A stretch of DNA of 64,000 nt from Schmidtea polychroa (taxonomy: Eukaryota): positions 42,968,001-43,032,000 of the forward strand of contig CM097885.1 in the NCBI GenBank assembly GCA_044892525.1. The letters run 5' to 3'. Position numbers and translations under genes: made by a program. Shown here piece by piece: positions 49,227-62,957 of this stretch; position 1 is the first letter of the stretch, and each line of letters opens with the position of its first letter. The notes under the pieces were generated by a model. That model saw only the letters and a program-made list of their open reading frames with translations, was not told the origin of the DNA and ran no database searches.

Positions 49227-52200
49227 TCAATATCAATATCAATATCAATAATAATTATAATAATAATATTAATAATCAAATACTTATTGAAATAAATCAT
49301 CTACTTTATAACTCTTGTTTGACCAGACTCTCACATCACAGCTTTGGTCAACTTTCGATCAAATACTTCGACTCTCGTATCACATATACATCCAGCTGGT
49401 CACTGGAATTTTCTAACAGCCCTTGTCGGCTTTCAATCAACCACTCATTTACCTCGATTCTCGTATTACAGCTATTGTTAACTTTCATTTCCTAATAAAT
49501 TAATTAATTCATTAAAGCAAAAAAAATGGTTATTTTAACAAAATATTATTACGTAATTGTGTGTAACAATGTGATGAGAATACAGTTTTAAATATATTAA
49601 CCATTGAAAAGCATATATTAAATTTAAAACGAAAGAATGATAGAATGTTTGTAGTTAGAAGTGTTTGATGTTTTCTTTCTCAAACTATTGTTGACGTAAA
49701 ATAATCCCCTTTGTTTTAATATTGTTAATAATAATAAATTTTGAATTTTGAAAAGGTTGTAATTTAATGGTTATCATCAATACTAGGGCCACGCAATCTA
49801 ACCATCATTGAAAGTTAAAATCCAAATGCCAGATATTAGTAAAGTATTTCATTTTACTCGGGGTCTATTAATATCACGACTTGTTTATTATCACGAATAT
49901 ATTTTAATTATTGGTGTTTTAGGTTGGCTTAATACCATGAATTATTTCTGTACCCTAATGTAATATTTCTGCATCAATGTATTTTTCTCAACTTTAAATT
50001 TCGTTGTCAACAATTACTTTTATTGAGATTTTTGGCAGTAGAGACAGAGGCATAACTATGGTGCAATAAGTGACATATTCCCGGGCGCCAGAATGGGGAT
50101 TAAACTAAATAATTTGACACTGCATTCTGAATTTTTTATGCTAATTTAAAAACCAACAAAAATGTATTAACTTTGGCAATCCAAAGGTATCCTCATTACG
50201 AACCAGTTTCTGGCATGATCTTAGTGCTTCCCACTGAAAGCATCGTATGAACATGACATACTTCCAATGTCATATTATTATTAGAGTAATTTGAGTAATC
50301 AAAATCAGAGAAGTCGATTTTCTTAGACAAACAGATTAGGTCAAGTTGCCACATCCCTATATAGTAAGAAATAATAAAATCCCCATCATCAATAGCAACT
50401 GCTAACGGACGAATGCAACGTTTTCTTCGGGCTGAGAGATTAAACTTACAACATCTAACTTTTAGCAGGGTAAGACAACCAGTCAGCCATTTAACTATCT
50501 TTGAATTCAATTCTCAGAATTCAGAAGCTTTTTAAAAGTTGAAAAAATTCATACATTGATATTGCGTCATATCTTTATTATTAGATTTCCTCTATGTATT
50601 TAAACGTGTAATTGAAACTAATAAATAATTTTTCTATTTTGTATAGTTGTCAGCTCCAACTCTTTATAACAATAATCAGAAAGCGACACGTATGAGACAG
50701 TTTGGGAACCTGGACATGAAAATTTCTATATCCCTTTCAAATAATTTATTAGTCAATAAATTTTTGTATCTGTAAATGTTACAATATAGTTGTGTTTGCA
50801 AATATTAACAGAAATGGGTTCAATTCCCCAGTGTCCACAAATTCATTGAAGTTTTACCTTTTATGTATTATTTTTTATTAAATTAAAAAAAAATTCAATC
50901 ATTTTTTATTCATTTTTATGTATTATATATTATGCATTATGAAATTCGGTGCCGCTGTGGCAAATTTTACCCAAACTTTATTCATTTTCTAACGCAATGA
51001 AAATAACCCTTGTACAATAGCAGTAGTGAAAATCTGTGTTCTTTAGAAAATAATTGAAGTTTGAAAGAAAATAAAAATATCAAATGTGAACAAAATAATA
51101 AATGATTTTATTGACAAAATTTATTTAGTAAAATTTCAAATTAATTGATAATATTATAATAACAGTTTCTATACAACTCCGTCATCTACAGATTGTTTTC
51201 ATTGACCATAAATGTCAAGAAAACAATAAGTTTAATTCTCTTATATTTATTTCGACCATAAATCAATTTTGTTTTCTATTTAACATATTTTCGGTGTTGT
51301 CTTTTTTGATGAATTGGATGAGTTTTATTATGTAGACACATTGTATTTTATTATTTCAAGTACTACTTATATGCATGCATATAACAATATTGAAATTAAG
51401 ATATAGTATAATAAATAAGTATGAATTTAATTTAAAATTTATCTTCCATTCTCCGGTAATAAGTGTCTAGCAAAACCTTCAACGGACATCATATAGACAT
51501 GCTACGAATCTGCATATAAGACAATTAGAGTCCTCTTCATTTGTAATAATACCCACTTTAAAATGCACATTAATACTTATGTTTTCACCTAAATCCTTTA
51601 TCAAATATTACTTAACCGCTGGTATTAATCAAAGTGACAGTTAATTAATATGAAATTGAAACGATCACCATTAAGCTACAAAATGTATGACCATAAAGGA
51701 TATTAAAGAGAAATTGTTGATAACGAATCGGAAAATACCGGTTCGATCTTTGTAGCGTTGAAGGGAGTATTTGAAGCGGAAGAGTTTCTATTCCTTCTTT
51801 TTGGTATATGCCAATAATTCAATGAGGTTTAGGTTTTAATATTCTATTTTCTATATTCTGTCTTTCTAGCTGAATTTTTACCTAGGGGTAGAAAAATCTA
51901 TCGTTAAACCTTTTCCGTGGATAAAGATATCTAGATATTAAAAACAAGATCAAGTTCAAGAGTTAAATATTTATTTAATTAATAAATAATAATGATATTT
52001 TAATGTTTAAATTATTACATCAAAAATTTGGGCATAAATTTATATTTGCTAAAATTCATATTGAACATAAACATTATTGGCAATTTTTATTGAACATTAT
52101 AAAATTGGGTATTTTGTCTGCTTAGCATTTCATAGATAACTTACCAACTTAACACTTGAAAAGACATAGCCGAAAATTTGTGTTAAAAATAAACCAACGC

Positions 52201-52366
52201 ATTGATCTGTAGTATGGGAAATAGCCTTAATTTATCTTATTTTTAAAAAAATTATTTTATCGCCCCATGAAATTCTTTGCATTTAATATTTTGATTAATT
52301 CAATTTCTAAACTTTGTTCATATATATTATGAATATGAATATTAATAACAATTAAAACTTTTACAT

Positions 52367-52486
52367 GTGTCGACGAGTCACATAGTCAAAAACCACGTTG
52401 TTGTGGAAATCCGGCAAACCAGGTGATCAATTATAAGGACCCTAATTACAAAATAGTCAATGTGGGGGGTTCAGAAATTAGAACCG
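52367..52486 (+). CDS. Host gene candidate exon C (acceptor reads CAT instead of CAG)
   Basis: Open frame VDESHSQKPRCCGNPANQVINYKDPNYKIVNVGGSEIRT, phase-1 donor, 47-nt GT-AG intron to the next exon. Confidence 0.45.
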
Positions 52487-52533
52487 GTGATTTACTATAA
52501 TGTAACAGATTCAATTTATTTTAATAATTTTAG

Positions 52534-52629
52534 CTAGTGGAACTCAAACCCAAACTACTTCCAATGGAAGTAAGTGCTGGTGCTGTAGAAAACAGAATTT
52601 TGAATCCTATGATTCTCGGTATACTGGAA
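52534..52629 (+). CDS. Host gene exon D with alternative donor at 52569
   Basis: ttttag acceptor; two TGGAA|GTAAG donors 60 nt apart, both phase 1. Confidence 0.6.
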
Positions 52630-53148
52630 GTAAGATTTTCATTATTATTATCAACTTTTTAAACTCAACATGATTTAATTATATAAAATTTATAAAATAA
52701 TTTGTAATATTTAAAAATTATTAGTTTATATCTTAAATTTGAGGTTAATAATTAATTTATAATAAATTCAGTATTTTTAGTTATACCTGTGAGATGTTTT
52801 CTGCTGAGAATTAAATATTTCAATGATTTATTAAGATAATTTTAAATGATAAATAATTGACTATTTAAAATAACTTTTAAAAAGATTTTTAAATTGAATT
52901 TTTTAAATTTAAATTTTTAAATTAAAAAATTAAAAAATTAAACAACTTTTTTATTAGTAAATCATTTTTAAATAAATATATTCTAAATATCGAAATTTTA
53001 ATAAATGGTTTATAAAATAATTTATTCAACACTGAAAATTTGTTTGGAAATTATACAATATTTCATTAAATAAATACTTGGAATTATTACGTTAACTTTT
53101 GAACCGGATTTAAAAAATAATTTAGAAGATGTTCTAGCAGCTTCTAAT

Positions 53149-53964
53149 GTGACGACCACGTCTAAGGATTTCTTCATAAAGAAGCTATTTCCAAATTATT
53201 ATCATAGGGGAGATGATGTTGAAACATTCATTAAAGAATGTGATAAATATTTTAAAGTGGTACAAATGTCTACTTCAAGACAAGACGTGATGATCGAATT
53301 ACTTATAAACAAACAGATCAGAGATATATACACAGGAGTTGACCAAAATATCAAATGTTATAAGGAAAGATTGCGGAAGGCATTCGCCAAGAAAACAAGT
53401 TTGGCAGTGGATTTACAATCTGCTATGTCTTATAGCCCGATAAATATTTTACTATTATAGACTAGTAAGTCGATAAAATATTGGGGCATGAGTTAAACAA
53501 GGAAAGTTTAACAGAATATTTGCTGGTACAATGTGCAGCCAAGAAGACTTTGAGACGAGAATTGTGTCTAAGTGACACCAAAGGAACAACAGAATCGAAG
53601 AAAAAAATCAAGAAGTTACACGAATCTCGTATAGTTGCAGAAGAGAGAAAGAAGGCCAGAACAGAATATAAAAAGAAGTTACAGAGACGCGGTAACAAAA
53701 AAAGCAAGAAATATTGTATCAAGATATAATAGCGAACCGAGAGAGTATCGAGAAGAAAGACCGAACAGAATTAAGAACGAATGTTGGACATGTCATAAGG
53801 TAGGACATTTGAGTAGAGATTGCATAACAAAGAAGGCAGTTATATGTTTTACATGTGGAAGGCAAGGACATGTAAGAAGTCATTGTCCACAGATACAGAG
53901 AAAGGTTGTCGAATGTTTAAAATTGCAAAATTTTGCCAATATTGCATGTGACACAGTCGATTAA
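53149..53964 (+). pseudogene. LTR retrotransposon gag remnant
   Basis: GDDVETFIKECDKYF; two CX2CX4HX4C knuckles (CWTCHKVGHLSRDC, CFTCGRQGHVRSHC); stops and frameshifts. Confidence 0.85.
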
Positions 53965-54369
53965 CCTTAAAAAATATATTAAAAATTTACAGGTAAGGTA
54001 GTTACTTCTTTTATAAATTTTGATTCATTTTTTATAGTAGTTTTAAAAAATTACATTTATTTTGTCCCATACAGTAGTGATTTTTAATCATTGCATTAGT
54101 ATTTATTTTTAACTTTCATAACGAAATAAATATATTTATCGTGTAGTCATCGAAATTGCATATGTTTTGCAAAGTATCATATTCAATCTTATAAATAGAA
54201 ATTGGTATCCAAAAAAATATAGTATCTAAAATTTGACCCTGCTCTCAGTATATTATTATTTATTACTACTTTATTATCATTTATTATTATTGTATTATTT
54301 TATTATTATTATTATTTTATTATTATTATTATTTTATTATTATTATTATAATTATTATTATTATTATTA

Positions 54370-54765
54370 TTAGTATAAAATGATGATTTCTTGGTAGCAG
54401 CATTTATTATTTAAAACAATAAAATGATAATTTTAGCCTTTTACTGCAAATAATGTATTTAATGAAAAATTTTCAACTATCTTATAGTCGAAAATTTTTT
54501 CATTAAATACATTATTTGCAGCAAAAGGCTTAAATTATCATTTTATTGTTATTATTATTATTAGTATAAAGTGATGAGTTCTTGGTAGCAGCATTTATTA
54601 TTTAAAATAATTAATTGATAATTTAAGCCTTTTGCTGCGAATAAAGTATTTATTGAAAAGTTTTCGACTATATGATGGATTGACAAGGACTATCTTATAG
54701 TCGAAAATTTTTTCATTAAATACATTTTTCGCAGCAAAAGGCTTAAATTATCACTTTATTGTTTT
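54370..54765. repeat. Tandem pair of fold-back repeats embedded in (ATT)n
   Basis: Two about 190-bp units, each containing a palindrome with about 65-bp arms; partial inverted copy at 56400-56452. Confidence 0.85.
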
Positions 54766-55459
54766 ATTATTATTATTATCATTATCATTATTATTATCAT
54801 TATCATTATTATACTATTATACTTTTATTATTATACTATTATTTTTTATTATATTTCTAGCTCCTTGTGTATCTAAAATGTGACAAAGTTACTAATATTG
54901 TACTACGAAGCAAGCATTAATTGAATATAAAAATTAGTATAGAATAGTCCATATAAAGAATGCAAAAGCTGTGTTGTATAAATATTGTTAATCCCTTTAT
55001 TCTAGAATTTTTTCATTATGACAAACAAATAATTAATAGGAAATATGAACCAAAAATATTTTGTGATTTAATGTTTCTTAAAACTATTTTTATATTCATG
55101 AGAAATATTATCAATGAAAATATCTTCAAAAATAAATGTACAGAAAATAAAATTATGAAATTCCTCATAATATGTAAAACGTAATACGGCAAAATATGAA
55201 TTTTGTGGCATAAGTAAACAATCTATTCAGCAAAATGTTTATTAGAATAACAAAAAATTATTTAGTGGCGATTATGAAATGTGTTGCTGGTTTAAAATTT
55301 AAATAATTGTTTTTTTAATTTTATTCATTAACTAGAAATAAATTCTTAGCCGTCCAAGACTTTTTATTTATATTTTCGTATTAATTTAAAGATTTTATCT
55401 AGTTTCTGGTATATTAGTAGTATTATTTATCTGATAACTCAGAGACCAATATTTCCCGG

Positions 55460-55610
55460 TACCCCGTCAAAAGGGCCCGGGACAAAACGGCTCCAAAATA
55501 CGGCCCCCGACATAAAGGCCCCCGACATAAAGGCCCCCGACAAAAGGGCTTCTGATATAAGGCCCTTGGCAAAATGACCCCGGTCAAAAGGGCCCCCGCC
55601 AATAGGACCA
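55460..55610. repeat. 15-bp GC-rich minisatellite (GGCCCCCGACATAAA), probable transposon subterminal repeat
   Basis: Directly visible. Confidence 0.8.
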
Positions 55611-56341
55611 TGTAGATAGAAAATTGAATTGGATCTTAGCGAAAATATGATAATACTCGACTTTATAACTACGTACTATTAGGCATTTCGTACTGTTATT
55701 AAATGCCATCTGTAAACAAGTATTCACGCATATTAGAGAAAGTTACATGTTGCTTGCAAATAAATTTTTTTGGGTAAACCACATAAATGCCATACAATAA
55801 TTTATGCGTGCAACAAAGATTTTCTGGATTTCAGTTTGAATTTGCAGGATCATTATCACTAATGCAAGGTTAAAATAATATAGTGCAAGAAATAATAATA
55901 AAATAATGACGTTTCGTAATAATAATAAGTAGCCTATAGCTTAATGCCCATTTCGTCGTCGAGTAGACGACATTGGGGGCGTCTCCAAGGCTAAATACAT
56001 CACAACATAGTTCCGTCCAAGGAATGTGGTGATGATCGAAATCAAGGAGAATTCAGCAGGGCCGTCTTTAGAATTTTGGTGGCCAACGCAACATTATTTA
56101 TGGGGGCCCTATATAGTAAAAAGGTCAGAAAAAAATTCGATTTTTTAAATTATTATTAAATACACACATTCATAAAAAATTAAAAATTCAATTTCCCTAC
56201 GTCAGTACGTTTCCATACAGAAATTGAATTTACTTACCATTACTTATGCATTAATTCAGATTTATTCAAGTACCATCGAATGACACATAGTGTTAGACAC
56301 GGTGCTTTATGAAGTTTAGTATTATTATTATAATTATAATA

Positions 56342-56391
<50 letters not shown>

Positions 56392-56446
56392 CATCATCAT
56401 CATTTTATTGTTTTAAATAATAAATGCTGCTACCAAGAAATCATCA

Positions 56447-56501
<55 letters not shown>

Positions 56502-56904
56502 ATTGATACAAATTTCTTGCATATAAATTTTTCGCATGTATGATTTATAGACATGTAAATAATGTCTTAATTTCTGGAGGGGTTGAGAAATTTGTGACAT
56601 ACTTATAGGGGTCTAGGATTTGTGACAAAGACTGACTTTTATTGTATGTATGTTGACTTCAAAACGACGCCAATATTGTATTGTGACGTTGCTATGATGA
56701 CGTCATCCGTCAACTGGTAAGTGCCAAGAGAATGCATCTGGCTACAAACGATTTGGACTGGCTATGTTTAAACATAACTCATTTCGCTTTATTTGATATT
56801 GTTTTTAAAGTGTTGAAACTTTTGTGACATATTTAAAGTAAAGTAAATTTCTTGCATAATTACATTAATTGTCTTAATAATAATTTTAATTACCTGACTT
56901 TCAG

Positions 56905-57540
56905 TGTCATCAATTACCCCAGACAATGTGGAATTGTTAAAGGCTTCTCAGCAACCTCAATATGTTGCACATGAAAATCTCAGAGATAGGATAGTATTAC
57001 CTACCACTGAAGTTGTTCCTCAAGTGCAAAACATGCAACCAGTACAGATTCAACAAAATCCAATACTCAGACCAGTTTCAGTAACTATTCCTGAAGAACC
57101 GAAATGCAAATCTATTCTTATCGACAGTCGGAAATCTTCACTGGTAAACAAGGATAAAGTAGATGCTACTTATTATTCTCCTCCTTATGAAATTCGGCCA
57201 CCACCACCTCCACAGTCTTCATTTCCAAATCTTCATCTAGTATCTGATACTCTTCCACCTCCATCCACACTACCACCACCACCACCACCACCACCATCTA
57301 TTCCATATAATAGAGTAGACGTTGAAATTGAGGATCAACCTCAAAAGCAACCACCTCCAATTCTGATACCGGTCATCACTAAGCCAACGGCCAGTGATAC
57401 CGCTTTTGGTAGTACGCGTAACGTAAGAGGATGTTATGTATGTTCTTCTCCTCATAGAAAAACAGAAGGTGAAATTCGTCTGATAATTGAAGGCTATAAA
57501 GTTCAAGGTCATTTGAGGGTGAAAGGAAAAAATAATTCAG
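56905..57540 (+). CDS. Host gene exon E (proline-rich)
   Basis: tttcag acceptor, 636-nt open frame with polyproline tracts, phase 1-1, G|gtgat donor. Confidence 0.75.
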
Positions 57541-57623
57541 GTGATTATTATTTTATAAAAAATATAATAACAATAACACAATTATTGAATGATTAATATA
57601 TGTCATAACTCGTGCTTCTAATA

Positions 57624-57684
<61 letters not shown>

Positions 57685-57982
57685 ATTAATTTACGAAATT
57701 AAATTGCATTGAATGTTATATAAATATTAATCAATACAAAATAAAAATAAAAAAGTGAATTCTAGTTGTTTATTTTCAAATGCTAATATATCATGTGAAA
57801 ATGTTTACCTAATCTATTTACAGATCTGTTCAAAGTATGTCTATATTAATAATGCATTAAATTTACAAATCTTTTATAATTTAGTTTTTCATTTACTCGA
57901 CTTTATCCGTATCTTATATCGTCAAATAATTATTCCTAAATTGGTTTTTATTTTTGTTTTTATTCTCTCTTTATTGAAAAAG

Positions 57983-58072
<90 letters not shown>

Positions 58073-58533
58073 TATCGAAGAACGAAGGCAGCGTTTCTAT
58101 AAAAGAAAATCACCAACCAATTATAATAAAATATAACATTGCTATATATTTCGACCGTTTAACAGGCTTTTTTAGGCTAATAATAATAATATTCAAACAA
58201 ATTAACAACTAATAATCGTAATCAAACTGTATCAAAAAGATATTTAAATAAAATTTTAAAAAACATTTTTTAATCATATAAAAGTTATTTTAATTTGAAA
58301 AAACGCACAAAATTGTTAACATTCTCATTCAAAATTTTTTTTTTAATATATATAAAAAATAAACATGTTTATCTGAATGTAATGATCTTATTTTTGATGT
58401 TGAAGTTAATATGTTATCAATTTCGGGAGGTGAAAAAATCAGATCTAAGCACACTGATCAAAAATATATGTTGTATTACCTTATTCTGAATGTTTCAGAG
58501 AATTCAAGCATAAGATCCTTAAACATGTAGATA

Positions 58534-59803
58534 CAGTGTTATTAATAAGTATAAAGAATTTATTAATCATTATAAAGAAAATATAAATAATCATATAAAA
58601 ATTACACATATAGGTTATGAAGACTAAATATGGTGTTAAATTTATATTTTAATCAAAGAACCATTAAAAGCTAAATCGAGATACTTACGCATGTTTCTAT
58701 AAAAATTATCAAAACAAAGAGACACATCATTATTCATATTTCCAATTGTAGTGCTGACATTATTGATAATATCCGTGGCATTTTGAGGACGTGGTCTAAT
58801 AGTGAAGTATCTATTTTTTAGGCAGGAGAATATTTCTTCGATGGGATTCAATTGCGGGCTATAAGGGGGCAGATAAGCATGATCAACATTATTGTTTTCA
58901 AACCACGTAGCAACCTCTCGTGTCTTGTGAAACTTTACATTATCCATTTGAATGACCTTATCAGGAGAAAAATAGCCTAAATTTTTACATTCTATCAAAA
59001 ACTCTAAGAACAGACTACGATTATACGGACCTTCGACTAATTTAAAATGCAGAATTTTTTCGTTTGAAATTATCGACAATAAACTAATATTTCTTCCTCT
59101 GTTTATTGGAACAGTTATTGCAGCTGGAGTATTAACTGGGGAATATCTATAATTGGGGACCGTATGCAAATTAAACCCGGTCTCATCCAGATATAAAATG
59201 GCATTATTTCTTATATTTTTGAATTTCAAAGCAAATATTTTTCTTTGTGCAATCAATTCAGGAGATCCTACTTTGATAGGCCTTTCTTAAGTCTTTTCCT
59301 CGTTAAATTAAGTTTTTTCAAATAGAGAGAAACAGTAGGTTGGCTAATATTAATATTCTCAGTTTCTAAAAAATTAGCAATCCCTGTTTGGTTAAAGGAA
59401 TTATCGTGTTGAATCCATTCCCCAACCTTAAGGACTTTTTCTGTAATGCCAAGGGCTGCTCTTCCAGGTTTCTTGAAATGAATATTTTTTATAAAATCTT
59501 CATCGTCAGCCTGTTCAATTTTAGTTAGCCATTTATATACAGACTTATTCGAAATCTTCAACACTCTCGCCATTTTTGCGACGTCGTCAGCTTCAGACTT
59601 CATATCCTTCAAAAGTTCAAGAGTTTTTTGCGTGATGGCTGTTCTTCTTTTCCTGGGATTATTTGATTGTTCTTCTAAGCCGAGGATATTCGTAAATGCA
59701 TTTTTATGTTCAGGACTCATGGGTTCTTTATGATTTTTCTTTATAATTATTAATAAATTCTTTATATTGATTTTTAAATTCTTTATAATTATTAATAACC
59801 CTG
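58534..59803 (-). mobile_element. Tc1/IS630-family (DD34E) transposon
   Basis: 29-bp TIRs CAG(T/G)GTTATTAATAA(G/T)TATAAAGAATTTA, TA TSD. Confidence 0.95.
58642..59720 (-). pseudogene. DD34E transposase split by one -1 frameshift near 59283
   Basis: HTH ORF ending LTRKRLKK; DDE ORF with LDETGF, MDNVKFH, PPYSPQLNPIE (34 residues between D and E). Confidence 0.9.
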
Positions 59804-60894
59804 TAAAACTATATTTCGGATTGTTTTAACGTCTTACAAGGTTGGTAGCATATTCACTAATAAGTCTCCAACTCCAGTTGGTCTGTGTTCAGAACTCTTG
59901 TATCAATTTTCATGTAATGGGTGTCATTTCACATACATAAAAGAGACTGCCCTTTATCTCTGCACTCGAGTTCTTGAGCAATGCCGACGGAATAAATTGA
60001 TCCACATTAGTTATTATTTTAGAAAATGTACCAGTAAAAAAATAAGTGTTGCTGATTTTTGGATTTTGTCGAAGAGTTTGAGTAATTATTGGGAACAAGT
60101 AACGTGCGAGGCGTTGTTAATTAGATCTTTAAATCGTATAATTAATATTCAAAGTGCCCAGTCTACAGGGATTTTGAATGTATTTAAATAATTTAACTTG
60201 TATATTTAATATTTGGGATGATGTTGTTATTTGTTATATTTTTTGTATAAAAATTTTTTTAATTTTTAATTTTTAAATTTATTTTTATTAATTAAAAAAT
60301 CTTTGTATAAGAATTTTAACAATTTTTTAAGATATAACCGATAATCTGATAATAAGTGCCGCGATCTTTTCGAGTTTGCTTAAAATCCTATTTTACACAT
60401 TTATTTATATTGTAGTATATTAATATTTTATTAAAACTTTATAAAACCGTATTTGTTATTTATTTATCTACACTCCGAGTGTTTGAAGTCAGATATTCAA
60501 GGAATCTGTGTAAGGAAATTGATCAGTGACAAATCTAAACCTAACAATTCTGTTCACTTTTTAAATATTTCTATCATTTTTTACTTTTATAGATTTACAA
60601 TTCATTTTATAGTTAAAACAATAAAACGATTGTCGATATAGAAAAGTAAAAATGAAAAAAACATTTATGTGCACAATAGTTTTGTTCGAATGTTGTCTGT
60701 GAATTTTAGCGTAATTTTCCATTACGTTACACAATTGAGGAAAAGCTTGTGCGTTTCATGAATTGTACTTATTCATTATATGTGAGTAACATCTATGTTT
60801 CTATGCTTCTAACATTTCACGAAGAATTATTTCCGAGTTCTTTAACCAGTAAAAAGATGCATAAAGAAATTGAAAAAATAGAAGATTGCTTAAG

Positions 60895-61115
60895 TAATTA
60901 TGCTAAGACCTATTATTGTAAATGACATTAATGAAAGAGGTCAGGTAGATATTTTACCTTCAAATTTATTATACACTATCAAAGGGATTCAGATTTTATT
61001 TTCTTTGAACACTGCTTTCAAAAAGAGCAAAGGAAGTAGGTGAACATCTGGTAAATATTTTCTTGACTATGGCATTCCTCGTGTGTTACAATCTAAAGAC
61101 GAGAGAATAATTTGG
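60895..61115 (+). pseudogene. Ginger2/KRBA2-like integrase remnant
   Basis: LRPIIVNDINERGQVD, FKFIIHYQ, LSKRAKEVGEHLVNIFLDYGIPRVLQS. Confidence 0.7.
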
Positions 61116-62005
61116 ATATATCACTATTTGGATAAGCACATTACACAAATCATGAAATGAGCAACAAGTATTTGTGCTAATGTATTATGTATATTTATTT
61201 ATTAAAACATTGACTATATCGATGTTTCTTTTGACATTTACAAATTTTTGGCACAGCTATTTTCAAAAAAGAAACATTAAAATTCAATCAATTACGGTTA
61301 CTATGGATATAGAAAACAATGTCATTATATGTTTGAACCAGAATTATTTAGTGCTTTGAGACTTTAAAATATGAACCCATGTGTGTTAACGTGTTTACTA
61401 GTGGTTATGTAGTTGTGCTAAGGTTGCGAAATTTGGAGTACCAAGATTTTTTTATTATAATAAATGTTGTTAAATATTAATAAATGTATTTAATCATATT
61501 TGTGTTTGTTTTTATTTGACAGAAATAATAATAATAATAATTTCACAGAGACATTGCGACATGAACGCAAATCAATATAAATTCAAACTTTAACAAAGAC
61601 ATGCTATAAACAAAGTCATATTAAAATTTAAAAATGGAGAAATAACTGGTGTAAATATTAGAGAAATAATGACAGTTTCAGAAGCATTGGATCGAGAATG
61701 GGAATCTTCTATTGAATCAAGAATAAATGAAGATTCTCAAGTTAATGAAGAAATTTTGTCAGATGTTGATGAAACTATAAATGAACCTAAACATGAAGAC
61801 ATTGAACAACATGAATGTAATGATTTTCTAAAGTGTACTGATCATGTTGTATAAAATACAATGAAAGCAACCTGTGGGATTGTTGGGACATTAATTAATT
61901 ATTCAACACAATAATTTTAAAACAATATTTAAAAACAATTTAATTTGTTTAAATATTGTGTTTGTTATAAAAATAAATTTTTTGAACACCTAAACACGTG
62001 TAACT

Positions 62006-62914
62006 ATGAGTCTTACAAATGGTGTCAGAAACTCCGAAGTTGACCATGTCTTGGTCAAAATTCCGGCCATTTTTCGAAATCAGAGTCTATGGTTTAAGCA
62101 AGTAGAGGCCAGCTTCAAGATATCCAGGATTACAGAAGAGACCACAAAGTATTTTTATTTAATTTAAAATCTCCCAACAACGTTGCTAACAAAGTACGAA
62201 CACTTACTGGACTCAGAAACCGAACTTCCATACACTACTCTGAAGGAAGCAATCCTAGCTGGTTTTGAACTATCAAGGACAATATCACTAACTGACCTGA
62301 TGAGAGACGGCTGCCTGGGAGATCGATCACCATCAGAAGCGCTTCAGCACATTACAGGACAAATACAAAGAATAGACACATCCATGGACCCATTCAACAG
62401 TCCTATATCTCGGGAATTATTCATGCGACTACTACCAAGATCTGTTCAAGACATCCTATTATCGATGCCATCGACGGACCTTCGAAAATTAGCGATCACA
62501 GCAGACAGAATAATGATATCAAAGCGTCAATCAGTGAAGGCAATTGAACACGAAGGTTGCAACAATCAAGAAGTAGGAGACAAGACGAGAACAATCATGG
62601 AACTGCAGGAAGAGATAAATGCAATACGACAACAATTAAACAATAAAAACACCGGTAAGTTATGTTTTTATCATAGTAAATTTGGGCATAGGGCGATGAA
62701 ATGTCAACCACCATGTGAATGGAATGCAAATCAGAACGACAACTATCAATCGGGGAAGTACAACAGAGAGAAATATCAAAATTTCGAACCGTCAAACATA
62801 TCCTCAAGGAACAACAACAACAATTTCAACAAAAACAGCAACTTCAACAAAAACGGTAACTTCAACAGCAACAACCACAGAGAGAACCAGGGAAACGAGA
62901 GAAGGTTTCATTGA
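62006..62914 (+). pseudogene. Gypsy gag with one premature TAA (62165-62167)
   Basis: VKIP..LWFKQVEASF, LGDRSPS, CFYHSKFGHRAMKCQPPC. Confidence 0.88.
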
Positions 62915-62957
62915 ACCCGAACAGTGAAACCTACAAAATCATATCCTCTTTCTCGGG
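62890..62957 (+). promoter_or_regulatory. -1 ribosomal frameshift signal (G GGA AAC plus stem-loop/pseudoknot)
   Basis: Heptamer in gag phase, 6-nt spacer, 11-bp stem 62903-62913/62922-62932, loop CCCGA complementary to TCGGG at 62953. Confidence 0.85.

Larger units (their letters stand above)
58470..60191 (+). mobile_element. Penelope-like retroelement 3' remnant (GIY-YIG endonuclease), interrupted by a Tc1 element
   Basis: Removing the insert and one TA rejoins VVLPYSECF..KHVD|KTIFRIV..NKSPTP..LLYQFSCNGCHFTYIKET..TRV.E..CEALLIR..INIQ. Confidence 0.8.

Noticed and set aside
50196..50510. 104-aa minus-strand ORF
   Set aside because: No recognisable motif or splice support
50785..50840. B-box-like GGGTTCAATTCCC (and a reverse one at 11341-11361)
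   Set aside because: No correctly spaced A box or terminator; probable SINE debris
58145..58180. Hammerhead ribozyme near the Penelope remnant (minus strand CTAAAAAAGCC..GGTCGAAA)
   Set aside because: CUGANGA core has two mismatches and flanking stems are not evident; at most a dead remnant
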